A stretch of DNA of 64,000 nt from an uncultured Acidobacteriota bacterium (GTDB taxonomy: Bacteria; Acidobacteriota; Blastocatellia; Pyrinomonadales; Pyrinomonadaceae), in assembly GCA_963711585.1 (NCBI GenBank), contig CAVQEU010000002.1, positions 175,711 through 239,710 of the forward strand, written 5' to 3'. Below, one piece after another: positions 1 to 9,900 of the stretch. The notes beneath the pieces were generated by a model that had not been told where the DNA came from, ran no database searches, and worked only from the letters and a program-made list of their open reading frames with translations. The stretch's first letter is position 1. The number at the start of each line of letters is the position of its first letter. The position numbers and the translations under genes were made by a program.

Positions 1-737
1 ACGCGGACGAATTGAACATGGAGCCGGGCTACCTGACGGGCGTGACGGGCCAGTCGAAAGAGTTGCAGCGCGCGAACAAGTCTTTCATGCTCGCGTTCCT
101 GCTCTCGTTCGTCTTCATGTACCTGATTCTCGCGGCGCAGTTCGAGTCGTTCATACATCCCGTGACTATCTTGCTGACGCTGCCGCTCTCGATTCCGTTC
201 GCGCTGCTCTCGACGCTGATAGCGGGCCAGAGGCTCAACATCTTTTCGGCGCTCGGCATCCTGCTCCTGTTCGGCATCGTCAAGAAGAACGCCATCTTGC
301 AGATTTCCCACACGAACGATTTGCGCGCGCACGGCCTGGAGCGTTACAGCGCCATCCTGCAAGCGAACCGCGACCGCCTGCGGCCCATCCTGATGACGAC
401 CATCGCGCTCGTCGCGGGCATGGTCCCGCTCATAGTGGGCTCCGGGGCGGGCGCGGCGACGAATCGCTCCATCGGCGTGCTCGTGGTCGGCGGGCAGACC
501 CTTTGTCTGCTGCTGACGCTTTTGGCCGTACCCGTCTTCTATTCGCTCTTCGAAGACGCGAAGGAGTCGCGCATCTGGGCTTACGTCGGCGCGGGCATCA
601 ACAACTTCAAGGGAGGACTCGGCCGCCGCCTCTCCGAAATTCGCGCGGGCTTCTCGCGCCGTAAACCCAAAGTCGCCCCGCCCCCCACCGGCACGACCGC
701 AAAGGATAGATATGTTGACCAAGCTTCAGGCGATTAG
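1..737 (+). CDS. efflux RND transporter permease subunit, C-terminal fragment (5' end outside window)
   Basis: The frame is open to the window edge. The polytopic C-terminus ([36 protein letters not shown]) is typical of AcrB/CzcA TM10-12. Stop TAG is at 735-737. Confidence 0.85.
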   Translation, partial: ADELNMEPGYLTGVTGQSKELQRANKSFMLAFLLSFVFMYLILAAQFESFIHPVTILLTLPLSIPFALLSTLIAGQRLNIFSALGILLLFGIVKKNAILQISHTNDLRAHGLERYSAILQANRDRLRPILMTTIALVAGMVPLIVGSGAGAATNRSIGVLVVGGQTLCLLLTLLAVPVFYSLFEDAKESRIWAYVGAGINNFKGGLGRRLSEIRAGFSRRKPKVAPPPTGTTAKDRYVDQASGD

Positions 738-747
738 AAATGCGTTT

Positions 748-814
748 CAACCCTTTGCGCCTTTGCGCCTTTGCGTGAGACGGATTTTTCACGCAAAGGC
801 GCAAAGACGCAAAG
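748..814. repeat. Family A octamer-arm hairpin (copy A1), between RND permease and TolC-like genes
   Basis: caaccctttgcgcctttgcgcctttgcgtga gacggattt ttcacgcaaaggcgcaaagacgcaaag. Confidence 0.9.
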
Positions 815-819
815 AAAGA

Positions 820-3069
820 GTGTTAGTGTTTTTCGCGGCGCTCTTCTTAGCATCGTGCGCGACGGCGCTGGCACAGAATCCCTCGCCGTCTCCGTCTTCG
901 ACGCCGCAGCCTGCGCCGCCCGCTGGAACGTCCGGGGGGCAGCAACAGCAGCCCGGCCAGGCTCCGCCCTCGCCGACCGAGTTGCCGCCGAACTCGTCCT
1001 CCGCGCCCGTTCGCCCGGACAACGAGGCGCAGCAGAGCGCGCAACCGCAGACGGGTGTCGAGCAGGAGCGTCAGCAAACGACGCCGAACACGCAGGGGCC
1101 GCGCCCGACGCAGCCGCAGGTCCAGCCGCCTTCGCAGCAGACCGCGCCCGGCCAGCAGCCGCAGACGGCCACGCCCGCCGGCACACAGACGCAGCAGCAA
1201 GGGACACAACCGGGCGCTACTCCTTCGACCGGAGTGCAACAGCCGCCGGGCCAGAACGTCGGCGTCACGTCGGGCGTCGCGCCCGCTGAACTACCGGAGG
1301 ATCCGCCGCCCGTCGCGCCGAACTTTGAAGCCCCGCCGCGCCCCTTGCCTTCGGCCGAGCGTGTCGGCGTGGACGTGTCGGACCAACTCCCTCTGACGCT
1401 CAACGAGGCGATTGCGCTCGCGCTCGAAAACAACAACGACATTGACAGCTCGCGCATAGACGTGGAGATAGCCGAGTTCAACCTACGCGCGGCGCGCGGC
1501 GTTTACGACCCCATCTTATCGTCCGAAAGTTATTTCGAGAGCCGCGTGACGCCGACCAGTTCCACTCTGGGCGGCGCGGGCGCGACCGGCTCCGTCAAGC
1601 AGACGGACGCGACGGGCGCGCTGCGCCTGGGCGGCTTCTCGCCGTTCGCGGGCGGCTCTTACCAGTTGGACTTCGCCTCGACGCGCCTGACGACCAACAA
1701 CCAGAACGTCACGCTCAACCCGCAGTTCCCGACGGCGTTCACTTTCACCTACGTGCAGCCGCTCTGGCGCGGCCTGCGCTTCGACAACAACCGACGCCAG
1801 ATTGAGATTGCCAAGAAGAATCTCTCTTTGACGGACGCGCAATTCCGCCAGCGCGCCATCGAAGTCATCTCGCAGGTCGAGCAGGCTTACTGGGAGTTGG
1901 TCTTCTCGCTTCGCAATCTACAGGTCCAGATAGACGCCGTGCGCCAGGCGCGCACGCAGGTCGAGAGCAACCGGCGGCAGGTCGAGAAGGGCGTGCTCGC
2001 GCCCATAGACATCGTCGCCGCCAACACGCAGGTGACGACCTTCGAGCAAAACGTCTACACGGCGCAGGAAGCGGTCACGCGCGCCGAGAACACGCTGAAG
2101 ACGCTGATGCTGCCCGACCGCACCGCGCCGCTCTGGTCGCGCTCGCTGACGCCTGTCACGCCAGTCAACCTGGAAGCCCCGCGCGTCCCCCTGGAACAGG
2201 CCGTGACCGCCGCGCTTCAGAGCCGCCCGGAACTGGCACAGCTTCAGACCAACGCCGAAATCAACCGCATAGACCAGCGCTACTTCCGCGACCTGACCAA
2301 GCCGCAGATTGATTTAGTCGGAACTTACACCACGGTCGGCCTCGCCGGGGCGCTCACTTCGGCTGCCACGAGCGGGGGAACGAGCGCGAACGCGTTGCTG
2401 CGCGCGCGCGTCAACGAATTGTCTTTGCTCGCGGGCCTTGAGCCGCTCGACACGGCGACGGGGGGCAGCAGCGGCGTCAACCCAAACCTGGTTGGCGGCT
2501 ACACGACCTCGCTCGGGAACCTTCTGGCCCAGGACTACCCGACCTACCGCGCGGGCGTCCGCATAGAACTCCCTTTGCGCAACCGCACGGCCGAGGCCAA
2601 CCTGGGGCGCTCGCTCGCCGAGGGCCGCCGCATAGAGAACACGCGCGCGCAGGCCGAGCAGATAATCGAGGCCGACGTGCGCAACGTGACGCAGTCGCTC
2701 AGGTCAGCGGAAGCGCGACTCACTGCGGCCGCCTCCGCGCGCTCTTCGGCCGAGCAGCAGTACGAGAGCGAGCGGCGGCAGTTCCGCGCCGGCACGACCA
2801 CCTTCTTCCTCGTCTTGCAGCGGCAGACGGAACTCCTGGCCGCGCGCGGGCGCGAGCTACAGGCCCAGACAGATTTGAATAAAGCCATCGCAGAGTTTCA
2901 GCGCGCCACCGGCAGCACGCTCACCGCCAACAACGTCTCCATCCGCACGGACGGCAACGGGCGCGGGCTGGAGATGCGCCCCGCGCCCGCCGCCACGGAT
3001 TCGTCGAGCGCGCAGCCGCCGCCCGCGCGCACGAATCCGGCCAGCGCGTTCACAGAGAGTAAGAACTAA
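820..3069 (+). CDS. TolC / outer-membrane-factor family lipoprotein with ~160-aa P/Q/T-rich N-terminal tether
   Basis: ORF 712-3069. GTG 820 gives MLVFFAALFLASC (lipobox LASC). OEP-type repeats follow the tether (LPLTLNEAIALALENNNDI.., PELAQLQTNAEINRIDQ..). Positions 748-814 are repeat A1, so the upstream ATG is unlikely to be the start. Confidence 0.85.
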   Translation: MLVFFAALFLASCATALAQNPSPSPSSTPQPAPPAGTSGGQQQQPGQAPPSPTELPPNSSSAPVRPDNEAQQSAQPQTGVEQERQQTTPNTQGPRPTQPQVQPPSQQTAPGQQPQTATPAGTQTQQQGTQPGATPSTGVQQPPGQNVGVTSGVAPAELPEDPPPVAPNFEAPPRPLPSAERVGVDVSDQLPLTLNEAIALALENNNDIDSSRIDVEIAEFNLRAARGVYDPILSSESYFESRVTPTSSTLGGAGATGSVKQTDATGALRLGGFSPFAGGSYQLDFASTRLTTNNQNVTLNPQFPTAFTFTYVQPLWRGLRFDNNRRQIEIAKKNLSLTDAQFRQRAIEVISQVEQAYWELVFSLRNLQVQIDAVRQARTQVESNRRQVEKGVLAPIDIVAANTQVTTFEQNVYTAQEAVTRAENTLKTLMLPDRTAPLWSRSLTPVTPVNLEAPRVPLEQAVTAALQSRPELAQLQTNAEINRIDQRYFRDLTKPQIDLVGTYTTVGLAGALTSAATSGGTSANALLRARVNELSLLAGLEPLDTATGGSSGVNPNLVGGYTTSLGNLLAQDYPTYRAGVRIELPLRNRTAEANLGRSLAEGRRIENTRAQAEQIIEADVRNVTQSLRSAEARLTAAASARSSAEQQYESERRQFRAGTTTFFLVLQRQTELLAARGRELQAQTDLNKAIAEFQRATGSTLTANNVSIRTDGNGRGLEMRPAPAATDSSSAQPPPARTNPASAFTESKN

Positions 3070-3761
3070 TGACGGACAACGCCCCTCTGTCTTCCATCTC
3101 TACGTCGAAGAGCGCACGCGTGCTCCGCGTGATGGCGTGCGCCGCGCTCCTCGCCGTCTCTTCGGCGTGCGGGTCCGGGGGCGGTGGTGGTGGTGACGAG
3201 AGCGCCGCGCGCGGCATCGTCGTCGTCAACGCGCCGGCGGCCGGGGAAGTGCGCCGCGTCATCGCGCGCGAAGGGATGATTGTCAACGAGGGTGCGCCGA
3301 TTGTGGAGATAGCAGTGCTGACCGAAGGGCCGCGGCCGACGCCGACGCCGGGCCAGAGCGCGGAGTCGCGCGCCGCGGGCAACTTCAGGGCGGCCGACGC
3401 GGAGATCGAAGCCGCGCGCGCGGAGGTCGTGCGTCACGACGCGGAAGTCCGCCGCCTGACGCCGCTCGTCGCGTCTAACGAAGCCCCGCAGGCGCAACTT
3501 GACGCCGAGCGAGCCCTCTACGAGCGAGCGCAGCAGCGCTTGCAGCAGGCGCAGGACGCGAAGCAGCGCGCCGAAGGCGACCTACGCATCGCTCGGCAAC
3601 CGGGCCAGAATCAAACTGGCACAACGGCCCCGCCGCCGCCGCGTGAACAACTGGTGACGGCAGTCGCCTCTTCCGCCGGGACCGTCAGCGTCGTCAACGT
3701 GCGCGTGGGCGAGCGCGTCAAAGCCGGTCAGGCGCTCGCCACCTTGCGCGCGAACGATTAA
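3069..3761 (+). CDS. short HlyD/biotin-lipoyl-like membrane-fusion-type lipoprotein
   Basis: TAATG start/stop overlap with the upstream gene. Lipobox is VSSAC. Lipoyl-like half motifs sit at both ends (GIVVVNAPAAGEVRRV.., GTVSVVNVRVGERVKAGQALATL) around a coiled coil. No beta-barrel or MP domains. Confidence 0.6.
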   Translation: MTDNAPLSSISTSKSARVLRVMACAALLAVSSACGSGGGGGGDESAARGIVVVNAPAAGEVRRVIAREGMIVNEGAPIVEIAVLTEGPRPTPTPGQSAESRAAGNFRAADAEIEAARAEVVRHDAEVRRLTPLVASNEAPQAQLDAERALYERAQQRLQQAQDAKQRAEGDLRIARQPGQNQTGTTAPPPPREQLVTAVASSAGTVSVVNVRVGERVKAGQALATLRAND

Positions 3762-3767
3762 CGTAAG

Positions 3768-4142
3768 ATGTCTTCCGAAGCGATCAACCTCGGCCCGCGC
3801 GAGCGGCGCAAGCGGCGATTGATGGGCATCGTCGCCCTGACGGTCGGCGTCGGCCTGGCCTTCGTGATGGTCGTCTACGGCGCGCCGCGCCTCTACCGGC
3901 TCGTCATCTTCTTTCCGATCTGGATGGCGGGCCTCGGGCTCTTGCAGTCGCGCGAGAAGACCTGCATCGCGCTGGCCGCGCGCGGCGTCTGCAACATGGA
4001 CGACGGCGAAGAGAAGATCGCGGACGAGCGCAGGGTCGAGGAGTTGCGCGACAAGGCGCGTTGGATCAACCGCCGCGCGCTCCTGACGGCCGCGGCCATC
4101 ACGCTCCTCGCCCTTGTCTTCCCCACGCAAGGGTTGGGATGA
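3768..4142 (+). CDS. small membrane protein, unknown function
   Basis: 124-aa ORF starting 6 nt after the upstream stop, with hydrophobic helices (LMGIVALTVGVGLAFVMVVY, LVIFFPIWMAGLGLL, LLTAAAITLLALVF). Confidence 0.55.
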   Translation: MSSEAINLGPRERRKRRLMGIVALTVGVGLAFVMVVYGAPRLYRLVIFFPIWMAGLGLLQSREKTCIALAARGVCNMDDGEEKIADERRVEELRDKARWINRRALLTAAAITLLALVFPTQGLG

Positions 4143-4176
4143 AGCCCGGATTGTTCTCGAAGCCCCGACAGGTTTC

Positions 4177-4406
4177 CGACCCCGAAGGGGTCGCACAAGA
4201 TAGCCGGGGGCAAGCGAAGTGCGCGTGAGCGCACGAAGCGCCGCCCCCGGAACGATGAGAAAAAGAATTTCGACCCTGAAAGGGTCGCACCTTCAAGGTT
4301 GAAGTGCGACCCTTTCAGGGTCGAAACATTTTTCCGTCTCTGACCGAGGGCGGCGCAAACTCGCGTTTGCTTGCCCCCGGCTATCTTGTTTATCCCCTCC
4401 GGGGAT
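4177..4406. repeat. Family D nested multi-hairpin palindrome (copy D1)
   Basis: Central palindrome at 4268-4326 (tttcgaccctgaaagggtcgcaccttcaa / ttgaagtgcgaccctttcagggtcgaaa). Perfect 20-bp outer arms caagatagccgggggcaagc (4196-4215) / gcttgcccccggctatcttg (4369-4388). Small flanking hairpins ccgaccccgaaggggtcg and atcccctccggggat. Confidence 0.85.
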
Positions 4407-4438
4407 GGGGCCGAGTCTTTTAATACTTCTCTGCGATT

Positions 4439-4714
4439 TCAGGTGCGCACGTCCGTCATGCGCCGCTGCGGGTGTCCGTGGCGCGGCGCGAGCCCGACCC
4501 GACGCTCGATACCGTAGACGCGAACGTCGTTGCGCTGCACGGTCCAGATTTTCCGTAGGCTCAGCAGCTCGCCGAGCGTGAAGCCTAGGTTGTCGTCGTT
4601 CATCTTCGTCAGGCCGCGCAAATACTCCCATGTGCGCGCGCCATCATTGAGCGCTTCGAGAATTTTCTGCTGGCGCGAAGTCAGAACTGGCGCCGCCTCA
4701 ACGGGCCTGGGCAT
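4439..4714 (-). CDS. hypothetical small protein (possibly winged-helix)
   Basis: ATG at 4714 is preceded by GGAGGAG; product is 91 aa. The longer ORF-track version (to 4807) has no RBS. Confidence 0.5.
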   Translation of the reverse strand: MPRPVEAAPVLTSRQQKILEALNDGARTWEYLRGLTKMNDDNLGFTLGELLSLRKIWTVQRNDVRVYGIERRVGLAPRHGHPQRRMTDVRT

Positions 4715-4870
4715 CTTGCTCCTCCATTTTGCTCGGTCTCTCCGAAGGGGGTCGGGACACCGTCGTGATTTCAGGGCACCTCGGCGAAGGGGAGGTTCGG
4801 CCGCCATTCTACTACACGGCCCCCGCGAAAATGAATGCCGGCGGGGCCGTGTGCGTAAAATCTCGCCGGC

Positions 4871-4900
4871 TTGACAGGGGCGATTGGCGCGCTCTACCTT
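4871..4900 (+). promoter_or_regulatory. candidate sigma70-type promoter (TTGACA-N18-TACCTT)
   Basis: cttgacagg -35 context, the same 9-mer as at 6623. It lies 24 nt upstream of ATG 4924. Confidence 0.3.
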
Positions 4901-4923
4901 CGCCCCGAGGGGATTTTTTGTAG

Positions 4924-6540
4924 ATGAAGTTGCGTCACCAATCTGACTGCCCGCGATTGTCCGCGGCGGCGCGCCCCGCGCGGGCGCACGCCTTCACGCT
5001 CGCGCTCGTCCTTCTTCAACTCTCTCTCTTCCTCTCGCTTTGCGCGCCTACGCCCGCGCAGGACCAGAACGATTACGACCGTCTTGAGCGCGCCGCCGCT
5101 TTCATCCGCGAGGGGCAACTGGCGCGCGCCGAAGCGGAACTCGGCTTAATCCTGCGGCGGCGGCCCGACGACGCGAACGCGCTCAACTTCCTGGGCGTCG
5201 TCCGCGCCAGCCAGAAACGCGCGGCCGAGGCAGAGAAGTTGTTCCTGCGCGCGCTCAAGTCATCGCCCGCGCTCGTCGGCGCTTACGTCAACCTCGGACG
5301 CCTTTACCTCGAAGGCGGGAATCAAGAGCGCGCGTTCTGGGCCTTCACGGAGGCGGACAAACTGGCCCCCGGCCGCGAAGAGATCATCTTCAACCTCGCG
5401 GCGATTCACGTCGAGCGGCAGGAGTTCGAGCGCGCGCTTGATGCGCTCGGAAAAATCCCGCGCGACGCGCTCGGCGTCGAAGACGTTCGACTGATGCTCG
5501 CCAGCTATCTTGGCCTGCGGCGCAACGACGAGGCCGTCACGCTCGCGGCCGCGCTCAAGCGGCCCGGCGCGCTTCTCCCCGAAGACGCCGCCAACTTCGC
5601 GGCGCTCTACGCCGCGCACGGGCTGCTCGACCAGGCGATAGAGATTCTCGAAGCCGCGCGCCAGGGCGCACCCAACTCTTACCCGCTGCTCTACAACCTT
5701 GGAGCCAGCTACTCGCAGCGGCGCGACTGGGCGCGCGCCGAAGAGTTCCTGACGGCGGCGCTCGCGGCCCGGCCCGACGACGTAGCGGCGCTCGGCGCGC
5801 TCGCCCGCGTGGCGCGCGCGCGCGGCGAGATGGAGAAGTCGCTCTCGTTCCTCCTGCGCGCGCGCAAACTCGCGCCCGCGTCCGAGGCGGTGCTCTACGA
5901 CTTCGGGGTGACGGCGCTCCACATGAATCTCATCCTTGACGCCTTGCCCGCGTTCGAAGAATTACAGCGCAAGCGGCCGGACGAGCCGCGTTACATCTAC
6001 ATGCTGGCGGCCGCGCGACTGCGCAAAGGCGAGAAGGGGATGGCCGAGACTTTGCTTCGCCGCTACACGGGGCTGCGCCCGAAGGACGCCGCGGGCCACT
6101 ACCTGCTCGGCGTCGCGCTCAACAGCCTCAACCGCTTCAGCGAGGCGCGCGCCGCCTTCGAACAGAGCCTTGTGCTCGGCCCGAGCCCGGAGGCCGAGTA
6201 CATGCTCGGCCTCATCAGCAACAACGAGGGAGACGCGGCGGGCGCGATCCGCTGGCTGGAACGCGCGCTCCGCGCGGAGCCCAATCACGCAGGCGCGCAG
6301 AGCGAGTTGGGCATAGCCTACTTCAGGCAGAATAACTACGAGGCGGCGCGCACAGCCCTCGAACGCGCCGTCGAGTTGGGACCGAAAGACCTGCGCGCGG
6401 TTCACCAGTTGGGGCTCGTCTACGCCAAGCTGGGGGACCGCGAGCGCGCCGGGCGCATGTTCAGTCTGGCCGACGAGTTGCGCAAGGAGCGGCGCGAGCA
6501 GGAGACCGTCATCATGAAGCTCGTCGAGCCGCCGCAGTAA
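4924..6540 (+). CDS. secreted TPR-repeat protein
   Basis: Signal peptide (..LSLFLSLCAPTPAQ) followed by many 34-aa TPR-like units (ALNFLGVV.., AYVNLGRLY.., AQSELGIAYF..). Confidence 0.8.
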   Translation: MKLRHQSDCPRLSAAARPARAHAFTLALVLLQLSLFLSLCAPTPAQDQNDYDRLERAAAFIREGQLARAEAELGLILRRRPDDANALNFLGVVRASQKRAAEAEKLFLRALKSSPALVGAYVNLGRLYLEGGNQERAFWAFTEADKLAPGREEIIFNLAAIHVERQEFERALDALGKIPRDALGVEDVRLMLASYLGLRRNDEAVTLAAALKRPGALLPEDAANFAALYAAHGLLDQAIEILEAARQGAPNSYPLLYNLGASYSQRRDWARAEEFLTAALAARPDDVAALGALARVARARGEMEKSLSFLLRARKLAPASEAVLYDFGVTALHMNLILDALPAFEELQRKRPDEPRYIYMLAAARLRKGEKGMAETLLRRYTGLRPKDAAGHYLLGVALNSLNRFSEARAAFEQSLVLGPSPEAEYMLGLISNNEGDAAGAIRWLERALRAEPNHAGAQSELGIAYFRQNNYEAARTALERAVELGPKDLRAVHQLGLVYAKLGDRERAGRMFSLADELRKERREQETVIMKLVEPPQ

Positions 6541-6623
6541 AACCTGTGCGGCCGGAGGGCGGCCGCGGCGCGCTTCTCTCGCACCGTGATTCGAAAAAAC
6601 TTGGCGCGGAGTGCAAGAAAAAC

Positions 6624-6653
6624 TTGACAGGAAATCAAAAGCCCTGCTATAAG
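6624..6653 (+). promoter_or_regulatory. candidate sigma70-type promoter (TTGACA-N18-TATAAG)
   Basis: Seen directly in the sequence. It would give a ~250-nt leader ahead of the TonB-dependent receptor gene. Confidence 0.4.
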
Positions 6654-6902
6654 CCGTTCGAGGCCATTTAACCGTTTACGTCTCCGCTTCAACTAAAATT
6701 CGTTCGGACGGATAGCCCGGAATAATGTCCCCGACATTAATCTCCGTCCCAAAAGTGTCAGACGACGGTGCGCGAGTGCCCTTGAAATGAACATGATTGT
6801 TGTTCACTTTCACCTGTGACTGAACGTAATAACCCCCGGCATCAACTCTTCAGGAAAATTCAGCCGCCTCGATGTCCGTCGAGGTTTGACAAGGGAGTGG
6901 TC

Positions 6903-9900
6903 ATGAAATCCAAAAAGTTCTGCGCGCTCGTTGCGCTTATTCTCACCGCGGTCCTGGCCCATTCGGCCGCCGCCCAGAGCGACCGCGGCGCGATCACCGG
7001 CATCATCAAAGACCCGAACGGGGCCGTCGTCGCCGATGCGAAGATAACCGCCGTTAACGCGGAAAGCGGCGAAATCCGTGAGGCGACCACAAGCGGCGAG
7101 GGAACCTTTACGATTCCTCAGCTAGTGGCCGCGCCTTACCAGCTAACGGTAGAGGCTCCGGGTTTCAAAACCTCCACGGTCGATGACGTGAGGGTCGGCG
7201 TGCAGATCACGCGCTCCGTCGAGATCACGCTCGAAATAGGGGCGGTCGGCGAGACCGTGACGGTGTCGAGTGAGGCCGCCGTGATCAATACAGACACTCC
7301 CGTGCAGCAGCTCAACGTGACGGAGAAGCAGGTCCGCGAGTTACCGCTCCTGGTGGCCGCCGAGAGCGGCGGGCGCTCGCCTCTGTCGTTCATCTTCCTG
7401 GACAGCAGCGTCACCTCGGTGAACGGGCAGACGGGCGGGACCTCCGGCAGCACTGGCACGAACGCGACCAACTTCAGAATCGCCGGCGGCCAGGGCCTCG
7501 GCGCGGACATCCTGATTGACGGCGCGCAGACGCGCCGCGGCGAGAACGGCACGTTCTTCTCCGAAGTCGCGCCGGGTCCGAACGCCTTCCAGGAGTTCAC
7601 CATCAGCACGTCGCAGTACTCCTCGGAGTTCGGCAACTCTTCGGGCGGCGTCATCAACTTCACGATTAAGTCGGGCGGCAACGACTTTCACGGCGAGGCT
7701 TATCTCTTCCACATCAACGACGCGCTCAATTCCAACATTGACCGCAACCGGCTTTTGAATCGCGAGAAGCCGCTCGACCGCCAGTTCGATTACGGGTTCA
7801 GCGTCAGCGGCCCCGTCTTCTACCCGCGCTTCGGCGAGGGCACCGGCAATCCGTTGGGGACCCTCCGCAACCGCACCTTCTTCTTCTTCAACTACGGCGG
7901 CTACCGCACGTCACAGTCGGAGACCGTGGACCTGACGGTCCCGACCCTGGCGATGCGCCAGGGCGACTTCTCGGAGTTGCTGACAGACCCATACGTGCTT
8001 CAGTTCTTCGGCGGCCCCGTCCAGATTTACAACCCGAACCAGTTGCCGCTTCAGACCGACCCGACCCGGCCCAACTTCAGCCCGCTCGGGCGCGACCCGA
8101 TTCCCGGCAACCGGCTCGACCTGTACCAGGGCGGCGCGCTCATCTCGGCCATCGGCCAGAACTTCGTTAACCTGTTCCCGGCGCCGAACCAGACCGGCCC
8201 GCTGGGCTCGACCGTCTTCCGCAACTACAACACGACGACCACGGCGACCTCGCAGACCGACTACTACGTGACGAAGCTCACGCACACGATTACGGACCGC
8301 CAGCTCTTGAACCTGAGCTACACGTACCGCAAGCTGCCGAGCATCAAGGGCGGCTTCCCGCGCTTCCCTCAGCCGTTCGTCGCGGACGGAGTCTGGGACC
8401 AACTCTTCAAGTCTTACTACGCGCGCTTGCAGCACGACTGGACGCTGTCGGCGAACCTGCTCAACCACTTCAACGCAGGCTTCTCTCGCTCGGACGTGTC
8501 GAACCGCAACTTCACGTTCGGCGAAGGCCAGGCCACCGATCTCGGGCTAGCGCCGGGCGTGACGCAGAACCTGGGCTTGCCGCAAGTCGGTTTCCCCGGT
8601 TACGGCGACCCGGCGACCTCGCTCGACCCGCGCTCGGCCCAGAGCGGCGGCTCGACTTTCTTCAGCAACCGCGTTCGGGACAATTCTGTTCACATCAGCG
8701 ACTTCGTGACTTACATCCGCGGGCGCCACTCGATGAAGTTCGGCGGCGAGACGCGCATTCAGCAGCTAAACAACGCGGCCCACTTCGACATCGGAGGCCG
8801 CTTCAACTTCCGCAGCAACCAGACGGCCAACACCAACGACTTCAACCAGGGCTGGCCCATCGCGAGCCTGCTCACAGGAAGGACGGAGTTCGCCTTCAAC
8901 AGCAACCAGACGATTGACCCCGGCTTGCGCTTCTTCTCCGAAGCCTTCTTCTTCCAGGACGACTTCAAGGTGACGCCGAAGCTGACCTTGAACCTTGGCC
9001 TGCGCTACGACTACGGTCGCCCGCGTGAAGAGTCGCGCGGGCGCTACCGCGCTTTCGACCCGGACGTGCCAAACCCGGCGGCTGGCGGCCGTCTTGGCGC
9101 CATCGTCAGCGCCGACGCCACGGCAGGCGGCATCCAGTCCGAGTTCCCCGGCTTCATCGAGCCGGACAAATCGAACTTCGGGCCGCGCTTCGGCTTTGCC
9201 TACTCGGTTAATGACCGGACGGTCGTGCGCGGCGGCTACGGCATCTACTACGCGCCGGTCATCTACAACGACTTCGGCAACGCCGGCTTCCTCGGCTACA
9301 ACCCGGGCCAGACCGTGATTAACGGCGATCTCCTATCTTTTGTCTCGCTCGAAAACTTCCCGCTGCTCCCGCTGCCCAACCTGTCCGACCAGGCCGTCGG
9401 CCAGTTGGACACCAACATGGATTACTTCAACAAGAACTACAAGGCCGGCCGCACGGCGCAGTGGAGCCTGGACATCCAGCGCGAGTTGCCCTGGAACTTC
9501 GCTCTTCAGGTCGGCTACATCGGGAGCAAGGGTACGCGCCTGAAGTCGAACTTCAACCCGGTTAACAAGCTGCCGCTCGAAGCCCTGCAACTCGGTGAAT
9601 CGCTCTTGAGAAAACGGCTGGTTGACGTTAATCCGGCCGAGCGCGCCTTCGCGGCGGGCCTCGGCTTCAACCTGCCGACTGACCCGAACGCCATCTACCC
9701 TGGCTTTAACAACGCGGGCGGGAATCTGAACGGGACCGTGGCTCAGGCCCTGAGGCCGTTCCCGCAGTACGGGATCATCAACAACCGCATGGAGAGCGAG
9801 GGGCAGAGTTCCTATCACGCGCTCAAGGTTGACTTACAGCGCCGCTTCTCGCAGGGCATACAGTTCGGGCTCTCCTACACGAAGGCCAGGCTGACCGGAG

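Noticed and set aside
6654-6902. Cobalamin or other known riboswitch upstream of the TonB-dependent receptor
   Set aside because: I could not find a B12-box-like element or any other class signature by eye. It is retained only as an unclassified structured leader.
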